From positions 527,752-591,751 of the forward strand of contig CAWEQC010000004.1 of NCBI GenBank assembly GCA_963811145.1: a stretch of DNA of 64,000 nt, written 5' to 3'. Numbering within the stretch: position 1 is the stretch's first letter; each line of letters opens with the position of its first letter. Made by a program: the position numbers and the translations under genes. The stretch comes from an uncultured Chloroflexia bacterium. Lineage in GTDB: Bacteria; Chloroflexota; Limnocylindria; QHBO01. The notes below the pieces were generated by a model that saw only the letters and a program-made list of their open reading frames with translations, was not told where the DNA came from and did no database searches. Below are positions 24,628 to 33,892 of the stretch, piece after piece.

Positions 24628-25445
24628 TTCCCGGCCGCGCGCTCCTCGAGCACTGGCGGCATCGGCACCGGGAAGTCGAACTCGTTGATCAGGCTGTCGA
24701 TCGTCGACCCTTCGGTGATGGCCGCGCGGTCGTCCTCTTCGGGACGAAGCACCATGGTGAAGACGCCGCCCGCGGCTGTGAGCTCGGCGATCTTCTCCGC
24801 CGTGGCCATGTCGGCACGGAGGATGTAGATCCCGCCGGCGCGCGCGAGGATCGTCATCGCCTGCAGGGTGACCTTCGTCGACGGACCGGGGATGAATCCG
24901 GTGGTCTGCGCGTCCACTTCCTCGGCGGTCTGGCCCACCTCCGGGTTGATCGCCATCGTCACGATGAGGTCAACCCGCTGCCCAGCAACCAGGGTGCCGG
25001 CGACGGCATTGGCGTCGGCGACCGTCACGCTGATCGCGCGAAGGTCGGGTCCGGCCGGGTCGAACTCCTGGCCGGGCTCGAGGATCGAGAAGGTCTGTCC
25101 CTCGGTTGTCGACGCGAGCACGTTGCGCGTCATGAGCTGGCCCGTCGCAACGGGCACGCCAACCACGCGCCCGAGCACCTCGTCAAGCGACGCGAACGCC
25201 GTCTCGTTCGAAGGATCGGCGGGGATGGACCGCACGCTCACGTCAGCCTCTTCGATCGACTTGCGCGCGGGGATCTCGCGGGTCGCCACCACGACATTGC
25301 GCATCTCGACGGTGGCATCCTTCGTCAGACCGCTTGCCTGGAGTGCGAGAAAGACCGTCGCAGCCACCAGGAGCGCGATGATGATCCCAGCGGCGATGTA
25401 GACCTTGGATCGACGGCTGTTCTTGTCCGAGTATTCGAGTTCCAC
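24624..25445 (-). CDS. cpaB: Flp-pilus assembly protein CpaB-like
   Basis: Start moved to GTG 25445 behind AGGAG. One N-terminal TM, a SAF-like region (VVVATREIPARKSIEEADV) and an RcpC-like tail. Directly downstream of the tadG-like gene. Confidence 0.75.
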   Translation of the reverse strand: MELEYSDKNSRRSKVYIAAGIIIALLVAATVFLALQASGLTKDATVEMRNVVVATREIPARKSIEEADVSVRSIPADPSNETAFASLDEVLGRVVGVPVATGQLMTRNVLASTTEGQTFSILEPGQEFDPAGPDLRAISVTVADANAVAGTLVAGQRVDLIVTMAINPEVGQTAEEVDAQTTGFIPGPSTKVTLQAMTILARAGGIYILRADMATAEKIAELTAAGGVFTMVLRPEEDDRAAITEGSTIDSLINEFDFPVPMPPVLEERAAGN

Positions 25446-25479
25446 GAGAAATGGCGCTCCTAGCGACTTGGGGTGTGGG

Positions 25480-27450
25480 TCAGGTCCAGGGCACGAGGCG
25501 CGCGCGCTGCGCCCGCCGGAGTGCCTGGCTGTTCGGGTCGGCATCTACGCCGGTGATGGCGTGGCCCAGGATGTCGTTGGACGTGATGTCGTCGATCTGG
25601 AAGACGGTGAAGCCGATGATGTCCACGTACTGTCCACTGCTTGTCGTGGTCGCGACCGTGAAGCGGACCAACTGAAGATGCGTGACTGGCTGGCCGTCGC
25701 CGTTCGTGCCGTTGGCACGCAGGGTGAACATGTAGCAGCCCTGCGCCAGCCCGCTCGTGTTGATCGTCAGCGTCGAGAGAGCGCCCGTGCCGGTGGTTGG
25801 GGTCACCGAGGCGGCGCTGAAGCCGATAGAGGCGGATCCAAGCGGCGTGGGGCTCAAGGAGCAATTGGTGAGGGAGCCGGTGTCCCAGCTGAGCGACACC
25901 GCCCCGCCGCTCCACCGCGTGGAGCTCGCGCTCGTCGTGCTCACGTAGATGGGCATCGAGATCGACGCGCCCAGCGTCGGCGTCGAGCCGTCGAGCACCG
26001 AGTTGAGCAGGCTGAAGTCGCGGGTGACCTTCACGTCCCCCGCGTCGTTGTAGTCGCCGTCGCCGTTGGCGTCGCTCTGGATCCGGACCGGCACGGGAAC
26101 GCGGCGACGCTGGTAGTACGGATTGCCTGACTCGCCCTCGATCCAGACCGTGTAGATGCCCGGCGGTACGGTATTGGTCTGAAAGTCGTTCATCGCAACG
26201 TCCGTACCGTTTACCGCAGGGACGAAGACGTTCTGGGACCAGATCGGATCGGTGATGTTCCCGGGGGCGGGTGGGGTGACCGGTGGTGCCGGGATGAGGT
26301 TCGACGACGCGGGCTGGCCGGCCGCCACGGCATCGGCGTCTCCGGCGAGGCTCAGCGTGACGGTGCTGAGGAACTCCCTGTTGCGCGAGACCTTGACACT
26401 CGGGCCGTCGTAGGGCGTCGTCGTCGTTGCCGGCAACCCGATCTCGACCGGTGGCGAGAGCGCGAAGTCGGGAATCTCCATCACGGTCCCGTCGTACACG
26501 CCGAGCAGGACGCGGTCGCCGATCTTGAACTTGTCGTCGAACTGGTGGACGACGAACGAGGTGCTGTTGCCGGAGAGCACGGCGACCTGGGTGCTTCCGT
26601 TCGGCGGGGAGCTGACCGGGGGGAAGGCGGGGCCCTTGTAGCCGTTCACGAGGTATGCGCCCTCGATGTCCTTCAGCGTGGTGGGGCTCGTTCCGACGGT
26701 GACGCCGTTGTAGTAGACCCGCGTCGCGAGGCCCTCGAAGTTTCGGACGTCGAGCGCGACGAACCCGCGGAAGCTCGAGTCATTGCTCGCCTTGCTCTCG
26801 TTGCCGTAGATGGAGAACTGCGGGCCGGGCGCCGCCTCGCTGGCCGGGATGCGGCCGTCGTAGCCACGCGGGTCGACGTTGTCCACCTGGCCGGAGCCGC
26901 TGGTCGCGGCGGTCGCGACGTGGTCGACGAACCCGTTGCCCGGTCCCGCCGGATTCGAGTAACGCCGTGCCACGACCGGGATGGCCGGCCCGCCCTGGAG
27001 GTTGCATCGGGCGCGCGCGCCGGTATCGAGCGAGGTAACGCCGACGATGCGCGCCAGCGTGGTCTGGAGCGTCGAGGAGATGGCGACCCGGATGCTCGTG
27101 CCGGCCACGACGATGCCGCTGGTCAGTTCATCGGCATCGATCGAGCCGTTGCCGTCTTGATCCTCGTAGGTCGGCGGGCTGTCGATCGTTGCAGTCGCGG
27201 CGGCGGGCGAGCCCTGCAGATTCACGAGCGCGACCTCGGATGCAGCCTGGGCGGCGGCCGCATCGGTCTCGCCGGCGATGAGCGCGCGACATGCGGCCAG
27301 GGCCCCAGCATCGGCCGCCGTCTGGACGTGCCGGCGTTCGGCAACCTGCCGGCCGATGTCGACCGTGATGGCGGCGAATGCAAGAAGAATGGTGATGAGG
27401 AGGGCGAACAGGACGAGAACCTGCCCGCGCTGGTCGTTCAGCGCGCGCAT
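25480..27450 (-). CDS. TadG-like pseudopilin with large (about 600 aa) beta-rich C-terminal region
   Basis: ATG 27450 overlaps the tadE-frame stop (TGATG). N-terminus RGQVLVLFALLITILLAFAAITVDIGR is typical of TadG/TadE-like proteins. An EF-hand-type loop DQDGNGSIDADEL and DANGDGDYNDAGD are present. Confidence 0.75.
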   Translation of the reverse strand: MRALNDQRGQVLVLFALLITILLAFAAITVDIGRQVAERRHVQTAADAGALAACRALIAGETDAAAAQAASEVALVNLQGSPAAATATIDSPPTYEDQDGNGSIDADELTSGIVVAGTSIRVAISSTLQTTLARIVGVTSLDTGARARCNLQGGPAIPVVARRYSNPAGPGNGFVDHVATAATSGSGQVDNVDPRGYDGRIPASEAAPGPQFSIYGNESKASNDSSFRGFVALDVRNFEGLATRVYYNGVTVGTSPTTLKDIEGAYLVNGYKGPAFPPVSSPPNGSTQVAVLSGNSTSFVVHQFDDKFKIGDRVLLGVYDGTVMEIPDFALSPPVEIGLPATTTTPYDGPSVKVSRNREFLSTVTLSLAGDADAVAAGQPASSNLIPAPPVTPPAPGNITDPIWSQNVFVPAVNGTDVAMNDFQTNTVPPGIYTVWIEGESGNPYYQRRRVPVPVRIQSDANGDGDYNDAGDVKVTRDFSLLNSVLDGSTPTLGASISMPIYVSTTSASSTRWSGGAVSLSWDTGSLTNCSLSPTPLGSASIGFSAASVTPTTGTGALSTLTINTSGLAQGCYMFTLRANGTNGDGQPVTHLQLVRFTVATTTSSGQYVDIIGFTVFQIDDITSNDILGHAITGVDADPNSQALRRAQRARLVPWT

Positions 27451-28044
27451 CAGTTGATGACCATCGTTGCGGTCGCCGACTGCAGGAAGCGACCGCCGGC
27501 GTCCTTCGCGAGGACGTTGCCGATGAGCGGGACGATGATGTCGGAGCGATAGGTGAGGCGCACCTGCACGAGGCATTCGGCCGGATCGGTCGTGGTGCAG
27601 TAGGTCCCGGTCGTCGGGCACGGGGCGGTCGGCGTCGCCACCGACGAGCAGATCGTCATCGTCAAAGTCGCCGGTGACCCACTGGTCGTGGAGCCCATCG
27701 CCGTTGAGATCCGAAGCCGAGCCGGCGGGGCATGGCGACGAGGCGGTGAAGTTCGGGGCGGCCGCGTTCATGATCCCGAAGGACTGGCGCGCGGCGTCGA
27801 GCGCCGCTGTGCAGCGGGCGAGATCATTTGCTGGACGCGTGAGGTTCAGGTCGACCGGCTCGATCGATGCAGCCCGGGTCGCCTCGCGCGCCGCATTCGT
27901 GAGCGTAACGTTCGCGCCGAAGATGAGCCCGAACTGGACGATGCCGACCACGACGAACAGGAGGGGAAGGAGGACCGCCGCGAACTCGACCATCGCCTGC
28001 CCGCGCTGCGACGAGCACGGGGCACCGGCCGGCGACGCCGGCAT
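27450..28044 (-). pseudogene. TadE-like pseudopilin, frameshifted (one extra base somewhere in 27600-27700)
   Basis: The N-terminus RGQAMVEFAAVLLPLLFVVVGIVQFGLIF is in the 28176 frame. The TadE-like C-terminus VRLTYRSDIIVPLIGNVL...ATATMVIN* is in the 27698 frame. Length is 3n+1. Start (ATG 28044) uncertain. Confidence 0.65.
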
Positions 28045-28195
28045 CGGCGCAGGGCGTGGCCTGAACTCAAGCATCATCAAGGGACGTGGCACTCGTATCG
28101 GGTTCGCGACGGGATCCAAGGCGATCGTATGGAGGGGCAACTGGTACCGATATAGGCCGTTGGGGGTGGTTCGCATGGGACCGATGGGCGCCCGC

Positions 28196-28201
28196 TAGAA
28201 T
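28196..28201 (+). promoter_or_regulatory. -10-like TAGAAT upstream of uvrB
   Basis: CCCGCTAGAAT lies 9 nt before ATG 28211. The same CCGC(C)TAGAAT context occurs at 35470 and 44997. Confidence 0.4.
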
Positions 28202-28210
28202 CGGGGACCC

Positions 28211-30352
28211 ATGCCCGACCTCAAGGTCAACGCCCCATTCGAGCCGACCGGCGATCAGCCGACTGCGATCGCCGCGCTGGTCGATGGCATCGAGGCCGGG
28301 CTGAAGCACCAGGTGCTCCTTGGCGCGACGGGCACCGGCAAGACCTTCACCGCGGCCAAGCTGATCGAGGCGGTCCAGAAGCCGACGCTCGTCATGGCCC
28401 ACAACAAGACGCTGGCGGCGCAGCTCTACCAGGAGTTCAAGGAGTTCTTCCCCGACAACGCGGTCGAGTACTTCGTGAGCTACTACGACTACTTCCAGCC
28501 GGAGGCCTACCTGCCGCGGACCGACACGTACATCGAGAAGGACTCGTCACGGAACGACGAGATCGACCGGCTGCGGCACAACGCCACGCGCGCGCTGTTC
28601 GAGCGGCGCGACGTGATCATCGTCGCGTCGGTATCGGCCATCTATGGCCTGGGGGCACCGGTCGATTACGGGGCCACCGTGATCAACCTGAAGCGTGGCG
28701 GCCACTACCGTCGCGACGGAATCCTTCGTCACCTCGTCGACCTCCAGTACCAGCGCAACGACGCCGCGCTCGGCCGCGCCAAGTTCCGGGTGCGCGGTGA
28801 CGTCCTCGAGGTTCAGCCGCCGCACGGGGAGTACGTGGTCCGCATCGACTTCTTCGGGGACGAGGTCGAGCGGATCGTCGAGATCGACGACCTGACCGGC
28901 GAGGTGCTGGCCGAGCGGACGGAGGTGAACCTGTATCCGGCCTCGCACTACGTGACGCCGCGCGAGAAGCTGCTGGTGGCCATCGAGAAGATCGACGCGG
29001 AGATGGAGGAGCGCGTCCGCTGGCTCAACGACCAGGGACGCGACCTGGAGGCAGCGCGGCTCAAGCAGCGGACCCAGTTCGACCTCGAGATGATGCGCGA
29101 GGTCGGCTACTGCTCCGGCATCGAGAACTACTCGCGCCACCTCGCCGGGCGAGAGGCGGGATCGCGTCCGTGGACGCTGATCGACTACTTCCCGACCGAC
29201 TTCCTGCTGATCATGGACGAGAGCCACATCAGCATCCCGCAGGTCCACGGCATGTACAAGAACGACCGCACCCGCAAGGAGATCCTGGTCGACTTCGGCT
29301 TCCGGCTTCCGTCGGCGCTCGACAACCGGCCACTCACCTTCGAGGAGTTCGAGGACCACTTCAGCCAGGTGGTGTACATGTCGGCCACGCCCGGGCCGTA
29401 CGAGACAGAACGGGCCGATCGGGTGGCCGAGCAGTTCATCCGGCCGACCGGCGTCGTGGATCCCACGATCACGGTGCGACCGACCGCCGGGCAGATCGAC
29501 GACCTGCTGGCCGAGATCCGCGCCACCGTCGAGCGCGGCGAGCGTGCGCTGGTCACGACCCTCACCAAGAAGATGGCCGAGGACCTCGCCGACTACCTCG
29601 CCGAGCTCGGCGTCAAGGTGCAGTGGCTGCATTCCGAGGTCGACACCCTGGAGCGCATCGAGATCCTGCGCGACCTCCGGCTCGGCGTCTACGACGTGCT
29701 GGTGGGGATCAACCTGCTGCGGGAGGGCCTCGACCTGCCGGAGGTGACGCTGGTCGCCATCCTCGACGCGGACAAGGAGGGGTTCCTGCGCTCGGGCGGC
29801 TCGCTCATCCAGGTGATCGGGCGCGCCGCGCGCAACATCGGCGGCCGGGTGCTGATGTATGCCGATCGCGTCACCGATTCGATGAAGGCGGCCATCGACG
29901 AGACCGATCGGCGCCGCGAGAAGCAGGTCGCCTACAACATCGAGCGAGGCATCACGCCCGAGACGATCATCAAGGAGATCCGCAGCATCCACGAGAGCCT
30001 GCGCCGCGTGGCGGAGGAGCGCGCCGAGCTGCAGGTGGCCGGCAAGGAGCCGGCGGAGCTGGCGGAGATGACGGGGCGGCTCGAGGCGCAGATGAAGGAG
30101 GCCGCTCGCAACCTGGAGTTCGAGCGAGCGGCCGCGCTGCGCGACGAGATCCTGCAGCTGCGCCGCCTGCGCGAGGAGCTGGCGGCGGCACCCGGCAGCA
30201 TTCCCGCCGAGGTGTACGCGGCGGCTGCCGAGGAGCAGGCCGGCGACGGACGCCGCGGCCGCGAGAGCGACCAGGTCTTCAGCGTCCAGACGCGCCCGAA
30301 CGTGATCGCCGCCGGCTCGCGGCGTCGCCCTCCTCGACGGAGGCGACCGTAG
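28211..30352 (+). CDS. uvrB: excinuclease ABC subunit B
   Basis: [13 protein letters not shown] box ([11 protein letters not shown]) and the UVR motif [18 protein letters not shown]. The basic C-terminal tail is longer than usual. Confidence 0.96.
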   Translation: MPDLKVNAPFEPTGDQPTAIAALVDGIEAGLKHQVLLGATGTGKTFTAAKLIEAVQKPTLVMAHNKTLAAQLYQEFKEFFPDNAVEYFVSYYDYFQPEAYLPRTDTYIEKDSSRNDEIDRLRHNATRALFERRDVIIVASVSAIYGLGAPVDYGATVINLKRGGHYRRDGILRHLVDLQYQRNDAALGRAKFRVRGDVLEVQPPHGEYVVRIDFFGDEVERIVEIDDLTGEVLAERTEVNLYPASHYVTPREKLLVAIEKIDAEMEERVRWLNDQGRDLEAARLKQRTQFDLEMMREVGYCSGIENYSRHLAGREAGSRPWTLIDYFPTDFLLIMDESHISIPQVHGMYKNDRTRKEILVDFGFRLPSALDNRPLTFEEFEDHFSQVVYMSATPGPYETERADRVAEQFIRPTGVVDPTITVRPTAGQIDDLLAEIRATVERGERALVTTLTKKMAEDLADYLAELGVKVQWLHSEVDTLERIEILRDLRLGVYDVLVGINLLREGLDLPEVTLVAILDADKEGFLRSGGSLIQVIGRAARNIGGRVLMYADRVTDSMKAAIDETDRRREKQVAYNIERGITPETIIKEIRSIHESLRRVAEERAELQVAGKEPAELAEMTGRLEAQMKEAARNLEFERAAALRDEILQLRRLREELAAAPGSIPAEVYAAAAEEQAGDGRRGRESDQVFSVQTRPNVIAAGSRRRPPRRRRP

Positions 30353-30365
30353 GTTGGCCGGCACC

Positions 30366-30965
30366 ATGCCGCACGCGATCTTCGTGGAGACCGATGTCGA
30401 CGGTCGCGGACTGGTCGGCGCCTACGCCGCCGAGCTGCCGGGCTGCGCGGTGTTCGCGGCGACCGACCAGGAGGCGACGACGGCCATGCCGCGCCGCGTG
30501 AGCGGATTCACCGAGTGGCTGCGCGCCAACGGGGAGCAGCAGGCCAACTTCGTGGGCGACAACTGGTACGAGGTCGAACGAGCCGCGGCCACCGACGGCG
30601 GCCACCGCCGCGCGGCGTTCACCCTCGACGAGCTGCCGCCGAGCGACGCCGAGTTCTCAGCCTGGATGCGCTGGCTCGAGCTGGCGCGCGAGGACCTGGC
30701 GGAGGCGCTCGACGCCGGGGATCCGTCCTCGGCGGCCGAGCTGCTCGACGCCATCGAGCGCCAGGACGTGACGTTCGTGCGTGACCTCGGTGGTGGCGCG
30801 CCGGAGCTCTCGGCCGACCCGATCGATCGTCTCTACGCGGCGCGCGACGCGCTCACCGAGGCGCTCATGGCTGCCGGCCCATCGCACGACGGCGTGCGGC
30901 GCATGCTGCGGCTCTCGATCGCCGACGACCTCCGGGCGGCCGAGGCGCTCCGCCCCCCGGCGTGA
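30366..30965 (+). CDS. hypothetical protein with HicB/UPF0150-like N-terminal fold
   Basis: Start set at ATG 30366. HAIFVETDVDGRGLVGAYAAELPGCAVFAATDQEATTAM resembles HicB-type domains. The helical C-terminus is unassigned. Confidence 0.65.
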   Translation: MPHAIFVETDVDGRGLVGAYAAELPGCAVFAATDQEATTAMPRRVSGFTEWLRANGEQQANFVGDNWYEVERAAATDGGHRRAAFTLDELPPSDAEFSAWMRWLELAREDLAEALDAGDPSSAAELLDAIERQDVTFVRDLGGGAPELSADPIDRLYAARDALTEALMAAGPSHDGVRRMLRLSIADDLRAAEALRPPA

Positions 30966-31630
30966 TCGACCTGGCGACCGCCGCGCCGAAACGGCTCCGC
31001 CACGCCGGCGAGTGGCCGGTCCCCGCCCCGCGGCGGGCGGCTCCCGGCACCGAGCTGCGCGCATTGCAGGACGTCATGCCGTTGTGCGAGGGCGGTGCCG
31101 CGGCGGTGCTGTCGGGTGACGGCCGGGAACGAGCGATGCTGATCGGCCAGGCGCCAGGCTGGCGTGAGATCGAGACCGGCCTGCCCTTCGCCTGGGACGC
31201 CGGGAAGCGCCTCGGCGGCTGGCTCGCCGCGGCCGGCATCTCGATCGCCGACTTCCGCGAGCGCTGGTACGTGACCAGCATCGGCAAGTGCTATCCCGGG
31301 CGTAGCGCCGGCTCGTCCGTCGACCGCCCGCCATCGCGCAACGAGATCGTGCGCTGGACGCCGTTCCTCCTCGAGGAGCTGCGGCTCGTCGATCCCGCGC
31401 TCGTGCTGCTGGTGGGCGGCCTGGCCCATCGGTTCGCGTTCGGCGCGGGCGTGAAGCTCGACGAGCTGGTGGGGAGGGAGCTCGGCTGGGAGGCCGCGCC
31501 CGCTGCATCGGTCCTGTGCCTTCCGCACCCGTCGGGTGCATCGACCTGGCTGAACGATCCGGCGCACGTCGAGCTGTGGCGGCAGGGAATCGGCCTCCTG
31601 CGCGACCGGTGGCAGGCGCTCGGGACGTGA
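30962..31630 (+). CDS. uracil-DNA glycosylase superfamily protein
   Basis: GTGA overlap with the preceding gene. Motif A-like LIGQAPGWRE and motif B-like LCLPHPSGASTWLN. Confidence 0.8.
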   Translation: MIDLATAAPKRLRHAGEWPVPAPRRAAPGTELRALQDVMPLCEGGAAAVLSGDGRERAMLIGQAPGWREIETGLPFAWDAGKRLGGWLAAAGISIADFRERWYVTSIGKCYPGRSAGSSVDRPPSRNEIVRWTPFLLEELRLVDPALVLLVGGLAHRFAFGAGVKLDELVGRELGWEAAPAASVLCLPHPSGASTWLNDPAHVELWRQGIGLLRDRWQALGT

Positions 31631-32154
31631 CCCGCGAGGTCCGGATCGGGGTGGCCATCGTTGCGGCGCTCGGCGCGGTGGTCTTTGCGTTCCTCGTGTT
31701 CGGCTCGCTGGGCAGCGTGCGTCCCGAGGTCGATCCGCTCAGCGTCGAGGAAGCGCTGGCCGATGGCAACCCGGCCGCGAGGTGGGGGAGCGACGAGCTC
31801 CACGTCTCCGGCTGGTACGCGGAGCTCGATGCCGACTGCATCGGCGACGACGGCGGCGCCGATCCCACGGTCGCCTGGCTGCAGCGGGATTGCCCGCTTC
31901 GGGTGCTCGTTCCGGAGCAGCCGGCCGGCGACGTCACCCAGGAGGAGCTACTCCGCGACGGGCTGAGGCTGGCCGCGCCGCAGGGCAGCGCGTTCCCATC
32001 TCGTGCGGAACCGACCGGGCCGAACCTCCGCGGCCAGCAGCTCGTCTTCGTTGGTCACTTCTCGGACGCCGCCGCCGCCTCGTGCGTCCCGGAGCGTGTC
32101 GAGCGCTGCGAGGCGACGCTCGTCGTATCGGACTATGACGAGCTGGTCCGCTAG
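31627..32154 (+). CDS. membrane-anchored hypothetical protein
   Basis: GTGA overlap with the UDG-family gene. One N-terminal TM (IGVAIVAALGAVVFAFLVFGSL) followed by an exported domain with four Cys. Confidence 0.6.
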   Translation: MTREVRIGVAIVAALGAVVFAFLVFGSLGSVRPEVDPLSVEEALADGNPAARWGSDELHVSGWYAELDADCIGDDGGADPTVAWLQRDCPLRVLVPEQPAGDVTQEELLRDGLRLAAPQGSAFPSRAEPTGPNLRGQQLVFVGHFSDAAAASCVPERVERCEATLVVSDYDELVR

Positions 32155-33023
32155 CTCCCGGTCACCATGTCGAGCAGGCCGGCCTGCCGCGCGCGCCTCA
32201 TGAACCAGGCGAATGCCGCCAGCCCGACCGGGACCGCGACCGCGGTCGTCAGCGCCAGGAAGAGCAGCACCTGGCCGTCCGACAAGGTGCCGATCGCGCC
32301 CGGTGAGCCATGCCCGAGCAGGCCGCGTCGTGACGCCTCCAGCCACCACGTGGTCGGCGTGGCGTAGGCGACGGGGTGCAGGAAGCTCGGCAGGATGTCG
32401 ATCGGGAAGATGGCGCCGGAGATCAGATAGATGGCGCCGGCGATGGCCTCGGGATAGTGCCAGGCCTCCTGGCGCAGCTGGAGGCACCAGCCGGCCATGA
32501 AGATGCCAAGGGCGATCACCGCCAGAACCCCGAGCACGGTGGCGGGCACCAGGTAGAGGACGTTTGGGCGCGGCTCGACGCCCAGGAATGCGACGCCGAC
32601 GAACAGGGTCAGCACCACCGCCACGAAGGAGACGATCACCCGCGCCAGCGAGCGACCGAGGAGGAACGGGAAGAGGGACGACGGCGTGACGACCACGTAT
32701 TTCAGCATCCGATAGCGCTCGCGGTCCTCGAGGATCGACTGCACCAGGCCACCCATCACGCCGAACACGACGTTCCACAGCGCGCTCCCCACGATCAGGA
32801 ACTGGAGGAACGCGGTGCCCTGTCCCTGGGTGATGACCTGGAACATCACCACCAGGATCATCGCCGCGGCGAGCGGCTTGGCGACCGTGTAGACGGCGAA
32901 CAGGAAGGGGTCAGACCAGTTGGCCTCGACCTGCCAGCCGAGGCCGACGGCGGTACGAAAGCTCCGCCACGCGTCCGCAAGCGTGATGCCGCGCACGGAT
33001 GCCGTCTTGCCGATCACTGCCAC
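32151..33023 (-). CDS. ABC-2 type transporter permease
   Basis: About six TM segments. Its start overlaps the end of the upstream permease gene (33014-33892) by 10 nt. Part of an ATPase-permease-permease operon. Confidence 0.8.
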   Translation of the reverse strand: MAVIGKTASVRGITLADAWRSFRTAVGLGWQVEANWSDPFLFAVYTVAKPLAAAMILVVMFQVITQGQGTAFLQFLIVGSALWNVVFGVMGGLVQSILEDRERYRMLKYVVVTPSSLFPFLLGRSLARVIVSFVAVVLTLFVGVAFLGVEPRPNVLYLVPATVLGVLAVIALGIFMAGWCLQLRQEAWHYPEAIAGAIYLISGAIFPIDILPSFLHPVAYATPTTWWLEASRRGLLGHGSPGAIGTLSDGQVLLFLALTTAVAVPVGLAAFAWFMRRARQAGLLDMVTGS

Positions 33024-33892
33024 TTCAGGGTCAGGCGCCCTTCTCGCCTGGCGAGATGCTCGAGGTAGCGAAGGGCCAGGCGAGCGCCGACCAGGAAGAT
33101 CACCCCCATGCCGGCCAGGATCGCCACCTCCACGCCGACCGGCAGCACGCCCTCGACGCCGCTGTCGGCGAACGCCAGCTGCCGCATGGCGTCCAGGCCG
33201 ACCCCCAGCGGGAGCGTCGCCATCACCAGCCCGACCACCGCGCCGGGCAGGGCTCCCAGCGGGAAGTTGACCCCTCCCAGGAAGTAGATCGGCTCCTGCA
33301 GCAGCTCGGCAAGGTGGTAGGCCTCACGCCCCCAGAGCAGGAAGAGGCTGGCGAAGAGCATGCCCATGCCGTAGAGCGGGATCATGGTCAGCCCGAACAC
33401 CCCCGCCAGCAGGAACGGCTGCTGGATGTCGTAGGTCACGCCGTACAGCAGTGAGCCGATGCCGATGACGGCCAGCGCCCGCGAGCTCGTCATGACCAGC
33501 CCACCGATCGCCATCCCGGCCAGGATGCTCATGAGGTGCATCGGCGCGGTGAAGTAGAGCTCCAGGTTGCCCTGGTCCTTCTCCCAGTAGAACTGGGCCG
33601 CCATCATCCACACGACGTTGAGCCAGAAGGACGTCATGGCCCCGCCGAGAACCACGAAGCCGATGAACTCCTCCGGCGCGTCGAGCGCGCGGTACACGAA
33701 GACGAAGGCGCTCACGGCCAGGAAGGGGAGCGCGATCTCGAAGAAGATCCACGACGGCTCCCGCGTCAGCCCGATGACGCGCGGATAGGCGCGGCCGACG
33801 ACCGCGCGCAGGTTCGAGCGGATCACGCGGCCGGTCGACCACTCCGCGGCCTCGCGGGCGTTCGTCGCCGGCGTGCCGCGGTAGCCGCTCAC
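33014..33892 (-). CDS. ABC-2 type transporter permease
   Basis: About six TM segments. GTGA overlap with the ATPase stop. Confidence 0.8.
   Translation of the reverse strand: MSGYRGTPATNAREAAEWSTGRVIRSNLRAVVGRAYPRVIGLTREPSWIFFEIALPFLAVSAFVFVYRALDAPEEFIGFVVLGGAMTSFWLNVVWMMAAQFYWEKDQGNLELYFTAPMHLMSILAGMAIGGLVMTSSRALAVIGIGSLLYGVTYDIQQPFLLAGVFGLTMIPLYGMGMLFASLFLLWGREAYHLAELLQEPIYFLGGVNFPLGALPGAVVGLVMATLPLGVGLDAMRQLAFADSGVEGVLPVGVEVAILAGMGVIFLVGARLALRYLEHLARREGRLTLKWQ

Noticed and set aside
28045-28210. Flp pilin gene upstream of the tadE-like gene
   Set aside because: No short ORF with a hydrophobic Flp-type segment or a G/XXXXEY-like processing site is visible on the minus strand in this 166-nt region.
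28100-28210. LexA boxes upstream of uvrB, uvrC (44950-45009), polA (19947-20025), recJ and the UvrD-like helicase
   Set aside because: No GAAC-N4-GTTC match was found by eye in any of these regions. Only uvrA has one.
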